DNA of 64,000 nt, from assembly GCF_009914755.1 (NCBI RefSeq), contig NC_060938.1. One strand, 5' to 3'. Shown in pieces: positions 33,827 through 59,800 of the stretch; position 1 is the first letter of the stretch, and every line of letters starts with the position of its first letter. The notes below the pieces were generated by a model that was given only the letters and a program-made list of their open reading frames with translations, was not told the origin of the DNA and did not search any database. The stretch comes from the human T2T-CHM13v2.0 reference genome, Homo sapiens. Both the position numbers and the translations under genes were made by a program.

Positions 33827-35785
33827 TGATCTCTTGACCTCGTGATCCACCCACCTTGGCCTCTGAAAGTGCTGGGATTACAGGCATGAGGCACCGCACC
33901 CTGTGAGCGTTCTGTTTTTCATTAATCTTGCAAGAGTAGAGAAAATCCTATAAATCCTCTTATGGAATTCCAGGGGTTTAGGCCAGTGTTTTAGAGGGTG
34001 ACAACTGCCCTGGCAGCTTTTAGTTAGCCATCCTGACCCACCATTTAGAATGTTTACTTTTGCTCTTGGGAGAATTTCAGAAACAAGGATAAAGAATCAA
34101 ATAAAATCAAAAGAAACAAAGATAAGATCGTTCACAAAAATTTTAACCTAGACATGCAGATCAAAATATTAAACTAGGCATGCAGACAAATTTGAAAGTA
34201 AATTCACTAGAATATATGCCTCACAGACAGAATGTAAAATCCGTAGACGCCAAGACTGATCCAGAAACACACTGATCTTTATTCCAGAAAGGACTTACCA
34301 GAAAAGACAGAAAGTCTTTTATCATCTCTGGAGGGATGTGTGGTCCTTCATTAAGGTAGCTTATCCAAACCTGTTCCCAAATGGTATAAAAAGCCTCTAC
34401 CAAAAGGAGGGAGGCTTAGCCTGAAAGAAGACAGGAAAAACGGGCAGGAAAAAACAAGCTGTGAAAGAAAGCAAAGAGCTCAAAGGCTTCAAAGGTGAGT
34501 ACTGCATGCTGATTCTGGGAATAATTCCTCTCAATCTTCGTTTCTGAACAAGAACTCAGTGAAAAAATGAAGTCAGCAAGATTCTTGGGGGGTGGTAAAT
34601 AATTATACTTTCTGTGGTTAGGGAGAATATCTGTGGGCTTTTGGGTTAAAGGACCACTGACATCATGATAACCAGGGCAGCCTCTCCCAAGAATACTACA
34701 TTCCTCCTTGTCTTCTTCATTCACAGACAGGATTCCCTTCATCTGAGAAAGCCAGTTCTCCTCCAAAAGATCCACCTCACACAAGTCCGGGGTAATTATA
34801 ATGTATTGGCAACACCCATTCACTATATTGTACATTTTGAAAAAGCTATTAATTTCACTACATCTGCATTTAACAGTTCAGCACAGAATTGCAGACACTG
34901 TGTTCAGAGTCCTTTTCTTGGAATGCTGATTTTCTGGGCTCAGTGCTTTCTCCAGAGGTTTTGCACAATTTGGGGATTTTCTCTACAGAATGGAGAAGGT
35001 TTTTTTTTGCTAAATACAAAGACAAGCTCTTGAGAGGAAAAATCATGTTTCTATATGAAAGTAAATGTGATTCCCAAAGGCCTACTTTGAAAGAAAAGGG
35101 ACAAAACTGAGGTGTCATTCCAGACAGTGTGATAGGTATGTCAAAAAATGATATGTACATCCAACAGACACATCCAAATACAAGCTTCCTAAAAATGGAT
35201 TAATTTTTACTTAGTCAAGAAATCTCTTTTTGAGCTGCTTTCCAAAAAGGCAAAATCAATTATTTTGAATGGGTAGAAAATCTTCCAATTTTGAGGGTAA
35301 ATTGGAAGTTGAAGAACAATCAAGTCATTCATAGCAGGGTCTGGTAAGTCAGGAGGATGAATGAAAGAAAAGAATGCTGTTGGTGTCCAAAGGTAAACCT
35401 GGCTTGCTTCTGGCAGGTGACATTTAAGGCACATACAATGTGACAGCTTTGAAGGGCAGAGGGGCCTTGACATTGACTCTCCACAATGATATGGAGATCA
35501 GCGTGAGTGCCCACATGTTGACTCCTGGAAGACTACTAAGCGTTTGCCACCTCCTCCAAGGTGGAGGTCCACAAGAAGGCTCCAGAGTCATTCACAGGTG
35601 TTGTCAACTTCCAGCATCAGTGCAGCTCTCCTTACCTGGTAGGCTAGAGACACAGACAATATTGGCAATATGGTATTCTTGTGGGATTTGTTTGCTTTCA
35701 GGATAACAGATGAATTTTTCGCCAACAAACACAACAATTCATTTTCAACAGGCACCAGTTCCTCCTAAATATGGAAGATTCACCA

Positions 35786-36130
35786 TGTCTTAGTTTGGAT
35801 TCCCCCAGGAGCAGAACTTAAGACAAAGATTTCAGTGCATGTAGTTTATTTGGGACATGATCCCAAGGAGACTGGAAGCATTGGTCAAGGAGGGACAGAA
35901 TGGGACGGGGTTCAGGAAGAAGACAAAATAAGGATGTGTTGCCAAGTGAGTTACACTGCAGATGACTGGTGCTTACTCCCATGACAGAACTCTGGGGAGC
36001 CACGTCGAACATGGAACCCAGGCCAAGTGGGCTGTAGCTGCAGAGAAGGGGATACACAACCTTAGGTAAGAAGGTGCACATTTCAGCCATTGGATGTGGG
36101 GCTGGAGGAAGACATTTGGCTGCGCTCCTA
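35786..36130. mobile_element. LTR16-like (ERVL) LTR
   Basis: tgtcttagtttggattcccccaggagcaga...gtagtttatttggga. Confidence 0.6.
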
Positions 36131-36351
36131 CCGTGTATACTATTATACTGTTAGGGTTAGTAAGAGACAGGTGGTGATGATGTTGTCAGTTAAGAATAGC
36201 CATCATTTGCTTAGTGAAGTGTGGAATTGTCCTGGGAGTCTAACTTGCTAAGCTAATTTCACACCTAACTCCCACAGCTTGTCCACACCTAATTTCAGGA
36301 TATATGTCAAAAGGTAAGAATAAATGTGATATACTGGTATATAAGTTACAT

Positions 36352-36685
36352 CAGTGGTCCCCAGCCTTTTTTGGCACCAGAAATGGGTTTCATGGAAGAC
36401 AATTTTTCCACAGATGGCAGGGAGGACAGTTTTAGGATGAAATTGTTGCACCTCAGATCATCGGGCATTAGATTCTCATAAGTGCATGCAACCTAGATCC
36501 CTCACATGTGCAGTTCACATTGGGGTTTGTACTCCTATGAGAATCGAATGCTGCAGCTGATCTGATAGGAGGCAGAGCTCAGGTCTTAATGCTCACTCAG
36601 CCACCACTCACCTCCTGATGTGCAGCCCGGTTCCTCAGAGGTCACGGACACATACCTGTCCATGGCCCAGGGGTGGGGACCCCTG
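36352..36685. mobile_element. MER1B
   Basis: Homologous to 1230-1550; perfect 8-bp TSD agttacat. Confidence 0.88.
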
Positions 36686-36804
36686 AGTTACATTATACAT
36701 ACTATCAATATCTGGCTGTACCAAACAGTATTGTGAAAACATTTATAGTCCTGTTTGAGGGTCTTTTCTGAAGCTTTCCATTTACAAATAGAAAATAATA
36801 TTAA

Positions 36805-37090
36805 GGCCAGGCATGGTGGTTCATACCTGTAATCACAGCACATTGGGAAGCTGAGGCAGGAGGATCCTTTGAGCCCAGGAGTTTGAGACCACCCTGGGAA
36901 ACATGGCAAAACCCTCTGTGTACAAGAAAATACTAAAACACACCAGGTGTGGTGTCACATGCCTGTGGTCTCAGGTACTTGGGAGGCTGAGGTGGGAGGA
37001 TCGCTTGAACCCAGGAAGTTGAGGCTGCAGTGAGTTGTGATTACACCAGCCTGGGTGACAGTGTCACCCTGTCTCAAAAAAAAAAAAGAA
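36805..37090 (+). mobile_element. AluJ
   Basis: Sense Alu with poly-A. Confidence 0.9.
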
Positions 37091-37460
37091 TATTAAAACA
37101 GATACTGTGGTTTCTATCTTTTTGGTCCTCTCATAGCAAAAACCAACAAAAGAAACTAATGTATAACCTAGCAAAATACAGCAAGAACTAGGAATTTTCT
37201 ATTTCAGTGCCTTAGGCAATCTGACAGATAATGTAGTTCAGTAAAAGTGTTTGCTGTACTGTGAAATGTACATTTAGATATGCAGACAGCCTCTTGACAC
37301 AGACATTGCTATAGTGGTTTCTATCATAATTTAAGGCTTTTTGTTCTTGATTAACAGTGAGATGCCATCTGCCTCAGTGTGTGCCCTAAGAAATTAAAGA
37401 GATGCCAGGAAGGAAAAGTATTAATGAGGAGTATAAAATTCTAGTTTTAAAAAACATCTT

Positions 37461-37765
<305 letters not shown>

Positions 37766-37769
37766 ACCG

Positions 37770-38420
37770 CGGATTTTTGCAAGGCTACAGAGAAAAGGGA
37801 ATGCCTATACACTCTTGGTAGGAATGCAAATTAGTTCAGCCACTGTGGAAAGTGGTTTGAAGATTTCTCAAAAAACAGAACTATCATTAGACCCAGAAAT
37901 CCCATTACTGGGTGTATACCCAAAATAAAATAAATTATAATTATTCTACCCAAAGACACATACACTAATATGTTCACAATAGCAAAGACATGGAATCAAC
38001 TTAGGTGCACATTAATGATGAATACGACAAAGAAAATGTGGCATATGTACACCATGGAATACTATGCAGCCATAAAAAAGAATTAAATAACGTTCTTTGC
38101 AGCAACATGGATGCATCTGGTGCCCATAATCCCAAGCAACTTAATGCAGAAACAGAAAACCAGCTATCACAGGTTCTCACTTATAAGTGGGAATTAAATC
38201 TTGGGTACACACAGACATAAACTTGGGAACAATAGACACTAAGGACTTCAAAGGAGGGAGGAGGGAATGGCACAAGACCTGAGAAGCTTCCTATTAGGTA
38301 CTATGTTCGCTATCTGGTTGATGGGACCAATAGAAGCCCAAACTTAAGCACCATGCTATTTACCCTTAAACCAAATTTGCACATGTACCCCTGAATCTGA
38401 AATAATAAACAAAATAAAAA
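37770..38420 (+). mobile_element. L1 3' end (old L1PA/L1PB)
   Basis: ttagttcagccactgtggaaag...caccatggaatactatgcagccataaaaaag...A-rich tail. Confidence 0.85.
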
Positions 38421-38467
38421 TGTTTTATTAGTCTAAAACCTGTCAATATGACATAAAAATAATTATC

Positions 38468-40630
<2,163 letters not shown>

Positions 40631-40965
40631 TCAGGTTATTGCAATGGGAGGCATGACACCACATCATATGCTTTTTCTGCTATATCACATTAAAACCTAT
40701 AGGTCTATTTTCAATGTTAATGGGTCTTTTACCGATCATGATTTTTATCATATTGGCATGGCCATTGGGAAAATATTGGTTCATTGAATAATGCAGATGT
40801 TCCAAATATTGATACACTATATTATAAAATATTTTGAAATTCAGTAATATTACCCTTGATCTCCTCAGAAAAATCCGTAAGTTTTGAAAAATTGTCATGT
40901 TCAAGAATGCACATACGTTTTCCAAATTTTAATTTTCACTTGAAAACTTTTTACATTTTCAGTAA

Positions 40966-42262
<1,297 letters not shown>

Positions 42263-42731
42263 CACTTAGTTCATTTTTAAGTAATAAGTGCTCTATGAGT
42301 TCTTACCATTTTATCAAATAGAATACTGAAAAGACATACTTGGGGATCTAGATTTAATGAAAATGTTATTTTTTACTGCTTCATCAATGATATTCTTAAG
42401 TAACATGAAAATAAAATTGGCCTGTTTACTTATTTAGGCAACCAAGTGACTGTAAATAATAGAACTGCTACTATTATTTGGAGCCTCTGTCTTGTTTTTG
42501 CTACCGTTTTACTTACTACTGCTTTTGCACCAAAGCAGAGAACAAAAAAAGCGAAAAATACAAGTAACATAGCTGTATTATGATAGAAAGAGTCTTATTT
42601 TCATGGAGCACTCTGAGATCCACTGTTCCAGATATAGTTCTCTCCCAGACCCATCACCTGTTCTGTCACAAAGTTTTATTAATTCTACTTCTTAAGTATT
42701 CTACTCACTGCTTCTTCTCCACAACTTTATG

Positions 42732-42882
42732 ACTCAGTGAAACCCTCACTCTCTCTCACCTGAAATATTTCCATTTTCCATCATGTTTCCATCAGCCTGC
42801 ACTCTTATACTCAGTGAAAACCTCACCCTCTCTCATCTGAAATATTTCCATTTTCCATCATGTTTCCATCAGCCTGCACTCC
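42732..42882. repeat. Tandem duplication of about 77 bp
   Basis: actcagtgaaa...ctgaaatatttccattttccatcatgtttccatcagcctgcactc twice. Confidence 0.9.
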
Positions 42883-43206
42883 TCTTACTTCCCGTTATCT
42901 TGTTCACTTCCAGACTAACATCTCTAGACAGGTAACTGTGTTCCTCAAGGACTTAAAAGCACTTAACAACAGCTTAAAACTTAGGTTCTCACTCTTTAGC
43001 AAGGACTTGAAGACTTTTAATGATTCAGCTCCTGCTCACAAATCTAACCTCATTTTTTCCCACATCAACACTGAACAGAAACTAAGTTCCACTCATATAT
43101 AAAATCTTTCAATTTTCTGGAATAAAAAAGATTATGTAGCTGTCACCCATAATCTGACTCCAGAACTCTGTTTCTGCACCTTCCTATCAAACTCATAATA
43201 AGTCTC

Positions 43207-43548
43207 CGTATTAGTCTGTTCTCATGCTGCTAATATGGACATGACCAAGACTGGGTAATTTATAAAGAAAAATAAGTTTAATGGATTCACAGTGCCACTT
43301 GGCTGGGGAGACCTCACAATCATGGCAGAAGGCAAAGTTCAGGTCTTACACAGCAGCAGACAAGAGAAAGCATGTGCAGGGGAACTTCCTTGCATACAAC
43401 CATCAGATCTCATGAGACTTATTCACTATCATAAGAACAGCACAATCCTCATGATTCAATTACCTCCCACTAGGTCCCTCCCACAATACGTGGGAATTAT
43501 GGGAACAACAATTCGAGATTTGGGTGAGGACACAGCCAAACCATATCA
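43207..43548 (-). mobile_element. THE1 LTR
   Basis: gtattagtctgttctcatgctgct...cacagccaaaccatatca. Confidence 0.9.
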
Positions 43549-44660
43549 GTCTCATAATAACAACCAAAGGCCAAGCCTTCCCTAAGTCGTCCTTAAGAGA
43601 CTCATGTAGATTTCATAATTTGCTCCCAGTTGGGCCTTTTCTCAAGACCTTGACATTTTGATCTGGATTCAGATGACTTTGTGGCTCATTATGAATTCCA
43701 TTTGTGTTCTTACACTGGTTTCAGTAAGATAGCTACACTTTCATCAATTTGTGTCATTATTTATTAATTCTTTGCATAACTGGACTTCAAAATAGGATTT
43801 TAAAAAATGTTTTGACCGTGTGCTCTTCACAATGAAGATTTTGTTATGTGATTCTTTCTTTCCTATCATATGGGAGAAAATAGGATTGGGCTGTGTGCCC
43901 TGAGAGGGAGGCACATTTAGATATTTTAGGAGTTGTAAAAAGAACGCCAAATATCAGAGAGAGAGACTTCGCTTCACCTGTAGTTCAAATGGTTTGTTAG
44001 GACAGGTACAGTGGCTCATGCCTGTAATTCCAGCACTTTGGGAGGTTGAGGCAGGTGGATCACTTGGGCTCATGAGTTCAAGACCAGACTGAGCAACATG
44101 GTGAAACCCTGTCTCTACAAAAAATAGAAAAACTAGCCAGGCATGGTGATGCACAGTATTACGAGGTTGCACTTCACTGAAAAAACAAAGTTGTTTAGCA
44201 CTTCCATGTGAACCACACCATCTCACAACTATGAGGTGTAGCTGAAGTCCAGTCCCAAGGACACAAAGAAGACACACCATGTTAATGGAATGACACACTG
44301 CAGTGTATCTAGATAAAAGATCCTGGGCCTTGATGAGAGAGATAGACGCAGTCTTGAAGGAACTGATTATGCAGTGATTCTGCATTTAAATATTTGACCT
44401 AATTTTAATGACAAAAATGCATGCACCTTTCATTTTCAAAGTACAGTTGTTCCTCAGTATCCATGGGAAATCAGCTCCAGAATACCGCCACAGATACCAA
44501 AATCCACTGATGCTCAAGTCTTATATAAAATGGTATATTTTCATATAACCCATGCTTATCCTTCCATATGCAGTCATGTGCCTCATAATGACCTTTTAAT
44601 CAATAATGAACCATGTATATTACCATGGCCCCTTAAGATTATAAACACATATAGAAACCT

Positions 44661-45621
44661 TCTTGCAGGAAGTCAGAGATCCAGAATGGAGGGACTGGTG
44701 GGAACCGTGTCAGAAGAACATAAATTGTGAAGATTTCATGGACATTTATTAATACTTTTATAATTAATACTTTTATAATTTCTTATCCTTGTCTTACTTT
44801 AATCTAATCCCATCATCTTCATAAGCTGAGGATGTATGTCGCCTCAAGACCCTGTGATGATTGCATTAAGTGTACAAATTGTTTGTAAAACGTGTGTTCA
44901 AACAATATCAAATCTGATTGTAAAACATGGGTGTTTGAACAATATGAAATCAGTGCACCCTGAAAAAGAACAGAATAACAGCGATTTTCAGGGAACAAGG
45001 GAAGATAACCATAAGGTCTGACTGCCTGTGGGGTCGGGCAGAATACAGCCATATTTTTCTTCTTGCAGAGAGCCTATAGATGGACGTGTGAATAAGAGAA
45101 TATCACTGAATTCTTTTCTCAGCAAGGAATATTAATAATTAATACCCTGGGAAAGGAATGCATTCCCGGGGGTAGGTCTATAGACGGCCGCTCTGGGAGT
45201 ATCTCTCTTATGCAGTTGAAATAAGGACTGAAATACACCCTGGTCTCCTGCAGTACCCTCAGGCTTGCTAGGATTGGGAAATTCCAGCCTGGTGAATTCT
45301 AGTCAGACTGGTCTCTGCTCTTGAACCTTGTTTCCTGTTAAGATGTTTATCAAGACAATGTGTGCACAGTGGGACACAGACCCTCATCAGTGGTTCTAAT
45401 TTTGCCTTCACCTTGTGATCTTTATGGCCCTTTGAAGCATGTGACCCTTGTTACCTACTCCCTATTCGTAAACCCCCTCCCCTTTCAAAATCCCTAATGA
45501 CACCCCCAGAGGCCTAGATGTAAAATTTCTTTCTTTGTACCCCTTATTTCTCAGACCAGCCAACACTTAGGGAAAATAGAAAGAACCTATGTTGAAATAT
45601 TGGGGGCTGGTTCCCCCGATA
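44661..45621 (+). mobile_element. Solo MER11 (HERV-K HML-8 LTR)
   Basis: tcttgcaggaagtcag...ggttcccccgata; 6-bp TSD aaacct. Confidence 0.88.
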
Positions 45622-45871
45622 AAACCTGATATGTGGGACTTGATACTAGCACTGCAGATCAAGTAGGGAAAGTGACTGATATTCAATGACGGTGCTAGAA
45701 CATATGGTTTCTCATATGAAAAAATATAAACATATATACCATCTAGGGTTATGTAAGTACACTTTATGATGTTCACAAAACAAAAATATTGCTTAGTAAT
45801 GCATGTCTCAGAACATACACATGTCATTAAGCCATGCATGACTGTACTTTATATCATCTCTGGAACACTTC

Positions 45872-47340
<1,469 letters not shown>

Positions 47341-48409
47341 CTTAGAAGACCAAATACAATGTGGATGTAAATAGTTGTGTTGTTTAGCAAGTAATGACAA
47401 GAAAAAGTCTGAATATGTTCACTACAGATGCAAGCGTCTGATTTTATTTCAAATATTTTGCATCCAAGTTTGTTTACATACACAGATATTAAACCTACAG
47501 ATACAAAAAGCTGAGTGTACTTACAAATTAGTAGCTCTACACAGGCAGCATAAAATTCTCTTTGTACATGCCAAAAACATTCTGTGTCCACCCAGGGTGA
47601 ACACAGCCTCTTCACAAACAGGGTGTAAATAAGGAGGTTCACTAAGTACAGGAAAGTTACATGACCATATTGGCATTTTAACAGCCATTCCTGAGAAAGA
47701 GAATGGGAAAGGGCTTAAGAGTCAGAGGAGAGGAAAAGAGAAAGACAGATGACCTCCTACATCAGAAGATGGAGCAGTGAGAATACAGAATAGGGAAGCA
47801 ATAGTTAAAAGGAAAACAAGTAGAAACAGGATTTGATGTCAATTTGCTGTGCAGAGGGTAAAAAGGGGAGTTTTGTTTCCAGGCTATCTGCCATGATTAC
47901 AGCTAGTTTGTTACTGGTGATGTGAAATTTGGAAAAATAAAGAACAATATGATGGCCAGAAGTGATACAGACTTGGACACGTCATGTTGGAAATATCTGA
48001 GGTCCCATATGTAGGGATGCCCAACTGGCAATTGGGAATACAGTTCCAGAGTTCACAAGAGAGATCAAAGCTGGAGATAAAGATTTTGAAACTATCAGAA
48101 TTTCAATGGTACCTGAATCCATCAGACCAAATGAACCTAAGAGAATGAAAGGATAAAAAGGAACAAGTACAGAATCCACAGAATCCCTAATATTTACAAA
48201 GAGAAATAAACTGTTAAGACCAAGAAGGATCTTTCTGAGTTTATTTCACAAATTAAGAAAAGCTCAATATTAGAAAGTCTACTAATACAATTCATCATAT
48301 TCAGAGTCCTGAGGAGAAAAATCCTTTAATTGTCCACATAGGCATTAAGAAGAAAAGTCTTAGAAACAGATTCCAGGTTCTGATTTCTGCATGTAAGAAG
48401 CTTAGAAGT

Positions 48410-49210
<801 letters not shown>

Positions 49211-49849
49211 AATAAAACAAATAAAAGCTGAAGAGACTGAAAAATCTACAATCCTTTTTGGATTTGAATGTGAAGAGAGGACATAGGGCAAGCCACTGCC
49301 CCCAAGATTGGAGAGATAGAGAAGTGAATATAGGAATTTATGGCTTACAGGAACAGAGACTCACTACTGAAACCACCTTAGGAACCAGTGCTGGAGTAGA
49401 AAATCTTGAACAATAACTGGTGAATTGCTGAAGGTTCCATATGGACAACACAAGGAGGTAAAAACGCCAGGGATATCCAGGTATGAGGGAGCATAATATT
49501 GTAAAATTTACCTCCTGGAGCTTCACCAGGCTCCTGTGGCAAACACCTGAGAAAACTCGCTTCCTGCTTCCACCTTTGGGAAGGAAAAAGGAAAACCATC
49601 TTAAAATATGCCAGAGCACCCTGTTCTTAACAAGGCTTGTCCTCAGGAGAAATTACTGAACCTCAGCTTAACTTGCTCTCATATAATCAGATCCTAAATG
49701 ACCTGCTGGAAGGGAAATAACGAACTCCAGCCTACTACACTCATCCCTAAAGGGGAAGATAAAAACAGAGAAACACATGTGAAGTTCACAGTCCAAAAGC
49801 AGAGACTCACTTAAACAATGAGGCCCAATCGTAAGACTCCAGAACACTT

Positions 49850-50193
49850 CTGCTATGGTCTGAATATTTGTTTCCTGCCCGACCCCCTGCAAAATGTGCC
49901 TGTTGAAACCAAGTCTCCAATGCACTAGAATTAAGTGGTGGGGCCTTTGAAATGTAATGGCAAAGCCATCCTGATTGGGATTAGTGCACTTATGAAAGAG
50001 GCCAAAGGAAGCATCTTTGTCCATTCCAACATGAGAGGACATATAGCTGGCACCATCTATGAGGAATGAGTCGCATCAAACACTGAATCTCTTGGAACCT
50101 TGACTTTGGACTTTCTAGCCTCCAAACTGAGCAACAAATTTCTGTTGTTTACAAATTACTTGCTCTAAGTTATGCTGGTGGATGGACTAAGAC
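49850..50193 (+). mobile_element. MSTD/MLT1A-like LTR
   Basis: tgctatggtctgaatatttg...atggactaagaca. Confidence 0.8.
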
Positions 50194-50199
50194 AGCTTC

Positions 50200-53450
<3,251 letters not shown>

Positions 53451-53457
53451 CAAAATA

Positions 53458-54365
53458 GAGGCACACCTCACTTTATCGAGCTTCACTTTATTTTGCTTGG
53501 CAACATCACCTTTTTAACAAATTAAAGATTTGTGGCCACAAAGTGCTCAGCAAGTCTGACCAGCACCATTTTTCCAACACCGTGTGCTCACTTCACATCT
53601 GTGTCACATCTTTTGGCAATCCCCACAATCTTTCAAACATTTTAGTTATCACATCCGCTATGATGATCTGTGATCAGTGATTTCTGATGTTACTATTGGA
53701 ATTGTCTCAGTGTGCTGGAACTCTATGGAAGACAGTAAACATGATGGAAGAGTGTTGTGTTTGACTGCTTCATTGGCTAGACATTTCCCTATCTCCATTT
53801 CTCTCTTCCAGCCCCCCATTCCCCAAGATACAACAATGAAATTAGGCCACTTCATCCTGCAGTGGCCACCATGTGTTCAAATGAAAAGAAGTGTGCACAT
53901 CTGTCACTTCAAATTATCAAGCTTAGTGAAGAAAGCATGTTGGAAGCTAAGAGAGGCCAAAGCTAAGCTTCTTGCATGAGCTACCCAAGTTGTGAATGCA
54001 AAGAAAAAGTTCTTGAAGGAAGTTATAGGTGCTACTCCAGTGAACACATGAATGATTTTTAAAAAACAAAACAGCCTTTTTACTGACACAGAGAAAGTCT
54101 GAGTGGTCTGCATAGAAGATCAAACCAGCCCCAACATTCCCCTGAGACAAAGCCTAATCCTGAGAAAGGCCCTAACTCTCTTCAATTCTATGGAGGAGAA
54201 CAGAGATGAGGAAGTTTCAGAAGAAATGTTTGAAGCTGGCAGAGGTTGGTACATGAACTTCTAGGAAAACAGCCATATCTGTGACATTAAAGTGCGAAGT
54301 GTGCTGTAAAAATGGGAACAAGAAAGCCTGCATGATAGCACTTCTGTTACAGCATTGTTAAGACC
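53458..54365 (+). mobile_element. Tigger1 fragment
   Basis: ggcacacctcactttat start; degenerate transposase text (aagcttagtgaagaaagcatg, gtggtctgcatagaagatcaaaccagcc). Confidence 0.8.
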
Positions 54366-54472
54366 TTCTTGTTGGTAGGCCAGGAAGTAATGGTCACCAT
54401 TTTTGTCCATATTCTCCTAGACTGAGCATGGAGAAATCTATAATAGTAGCCAGAGAGGTGTACGTTGTGTGT

Positions 54473-56939
<2,467 letters not shown>

Positions 56940-58009
56940 CTGAAATGAGAAAAACGTATCCATGAACCACACAGGAGCATGTCTTACAGAATGCTTGTGT
57001 AAAGGTGAAAAAATTACTTCCTATCCCAGTGGAGTAAGATTTGATAAAAATTAATAATGGGTATTGGTTTTATATGCATATGGTTCCTGTTCCTTCTGAC
57101 ATCATGTAATAAATCAGTATATTTTCTAATGTTCAATTGAGTTTTTCTTTGCATTTTGAAGTTTTCGTTTTTTTTTTATTTCACAAAGAATTATTTGGTA
57201 ATAATATGCATCTACTTACTACTCATAGGTTTTAATAAGTGCTCATTATCTGTCATTTGTTTTCTCTCTTTTTTTCTATTTATTCATATAACAATAGTGG
57301 CTGTTTTAATAGTTGCTATTTTTTCATCATTCTTCTTTGAAGATAGCCAGTTTTTCTTGGGTCAGCAACTGGCAGGTACAGGAGATGGCCATTTTTCTGT
57401 CTCCTAAGCATCGAAGTAGCTTGTAGACAGGATTTTGCCTATATGTTAACTTTTCACTCCTCCCTGAGAATGGTTAAATGTGTCTGGAGGTTTTCCAAGC
57501 AGAAAATATCTTATTCCCCATGTTAAACATAAACAGATCCTGGCAAATTCCTACTTAAACATGGCATCTCCTGCTTCCCAGAACCATAATAGGCAAAGAA
57601 GCTCCAGTCAAAAAACCACACTAGTGATCTGAAGGATTGGTTCTGCAACTCAGGCTGTGCCCGTCATCTTTGAAAAGTGTATTTCTGGTTCCTTCTGAGA
57701 TCAACAGCTCTGTCCCTCTCCACTCACACACCCCTGCTTGATAATTCACCATTTTTGAAGGGTTTTATTTTGTGTTTTGGAGTTTCAGATGTCACACAGC
57801 TATATATAAATATGAAGTTTCCTGTACATTTCTCATCTTCAAATGGTAACTACAAACTCCACTCTCAAACAGAAATCTGAGCCCTTCAACAGGAAATCAT
57901 TGGTTTCTTTGGACTTGAGACCCAGAATCTTCTGGTTCTCCTCCCAAGTCCAGCACCACCCCTATCCAGGCCCCTATGATGGGTTCTCCTCAGCTTCATA
58001 ATTTCTTTC

Positions 58010-58440
58010 TGAGACAGGATCTTACTCTGTTACCCAGGCTGGAGTGCAGTGTTGCTATCATAGGTCACTGAAGCTTCAAGCTCCTGAGCTCAAGCAATCC
58101 TTCCACCTCAGCCTCCCAAGTATAAAAACTGGGATTACAAACCCATGTCACCATACTCAGCTACTATTTTGTGTGTGTGTGTGTGGGTGGGAGTCTACAA
58201 GGATCAATTAAGGCCAGAAGTTCGAGACCAGCCTGGGCAATAGAACAAGACCTCATCTCCACAAACAATAAAAAATTAGCCAGGTGTGGTGGCACACACC
58301 TGTAGTCCTAGCTACTTGGGAGGCTAGGCTGTGAGGAACACTTGATCCCAGGAGTTCATCGTTACAGTCAACTATAATCATGCCACTGCACTTGAGTCTG
58401 AGAAACAGAGTGAGAACCATCTGTTTGATAAAAAATAAAA
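58010..58440. mobile_element. Two partial AluJ in opposite orientation, separated by (GT)n
   Basis: Antisense 58010-58170, sense 58200-58440. Confidence 0.8.
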
Positions 58441-58875
58441 CAAGAAGAATAAAGCTACAGCTTAAAAAGAAACACTATTTTCATCATCATTGTTATAATG
58501 ACTGATTCTCAAAAATTGCTTAAGATACATTCAAAGGATAAATAAATGCATAAATGTCTAAAAAAATTTTTAAGACACTACATCAGAATAGAGGAAAAGG
58601 GGGAAATAGATAAAATAAATAGCAAAGAAAAAGGCCTAAAGAGAGGATGGCAGGGATTGGATTTGGGGTAAATAGAAGAAGATACTCAGAAAAATAAGAG
58701 ACTGGGATATATGCATGACAGTTACTCCTGGGGACTATATAATGGACATTTAATGCAGACCAACAGTCTTCAGGTCGAAGACCTAGGGAAAAAAGTGGTG
58801 AAAACAAGATAACACTACCAAAATCTGCTGGGCATTACTCCTCCAGGCCTCCCACCCCAGTATTCACTGACTGAC

Positions 58876-58968
58876 CTGAAAGTCTCAGGTTTGGTATTTC
58901 TTCTACTATCCATGTCTCTGTTCCTTGCTCTAGCTTGAAGATCATCTCAGGTTTGGTAATGCAATGCC
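58876..58968 (-). pseudogene. KRAB-B exon (GHCITKPEMIFKLEQGTETWIVEEIPNLRLS)
   Basis: ttaccag| ... |gtcagt, 93 bp. Confidence 0.92.
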
Positions 58969-59209
58969 CTGGTAACGAGAAACAATGGAATACTTTGTCA
59001 AACCACTAAGTCAAATCCTTTTCAGAATGACAAGAGCTGGGCTTCAGGGACTGTGTAATGAAGGAGCCAATTTGAACATTTCATTAGAATAATGACACAT
59101 TTTTCATCAACCAGAATCTTACAAGTAAATATTATTATATCTTAAAAGGGTTTCTATATTTACCAACAACAATACACATTCCTGGGAGTTACTGGGAAGT
59201 TTCACTCAC

Positions 59210-59336
59210 CCAATGATACCAGGCTGCTGTAGGTCTCCACAATCACGTCCCTGTAGAAGGTCCTCTGAGCATCATCCAGGTCCTGTCACTCCTCCCAGGT
59301 GAAGTGCAGAGCCACATCTTCAAAGGACACCAACCC
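59210..59336 (-). pseudogene. KRAB-A exon with nonsense codon (GLVSFEDVALHFTWEE*QDLDDAQRTFYRDV)
   Basis: ttacag| ... |gtgagt, canonical 127 bp; TGA at 59286-59288. Confidence 0.93.
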
Positions 59337-59609
59337 CTGTAATGACACATATTTCCTCAAGTCAAAGCATCAGCCCAGGGTCAAAAGAACAAGAATCTGG
59401 GAATTCACTCTTTTGTGTGTCCATGTGTCTTATATGTATTTTAGATAAGACGTAGTTTGTTTTATACTGTTTATGGTGGGAGAAGGAGTAATCACAGTAG
59501 AAATATTCTTCCACTGTAATAACTTATGAATTAATAAAATTATATTACAAATTTCACCTTATAGATCTAGAACCACTCTTGTTGCTAGGGACAAAAGTAT
59601 AAACAAAAT

Positions 59610-59800
59610 GCAAGACCCTCTCTCTTCAAAAATAATAAAAAAATACAGGCATAATGCTGGATGCCTGTAGTCCTGGCTACTCTGGAAGCTGAGGCTGAAG
59701 GATTGCTCAAACACAGGAGTTTGACAGTGCAGTGAGTGATGATCACACCACTGCACTCCAGCCTGGCCAACAGAGAGCCTATCTCTCAAAAAAAAAGAGA
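59610..59800 (+). mobile_element. Partial AluJ
   Basis: Right arm with A tail. Confidence 0.8.

Noticed and set aside
34416-35706. Cluster of 60-139 aa ORFs in apparently unique sequence
   Set aside because: No recognisable motif or consistent frame; cannot be supported without a search
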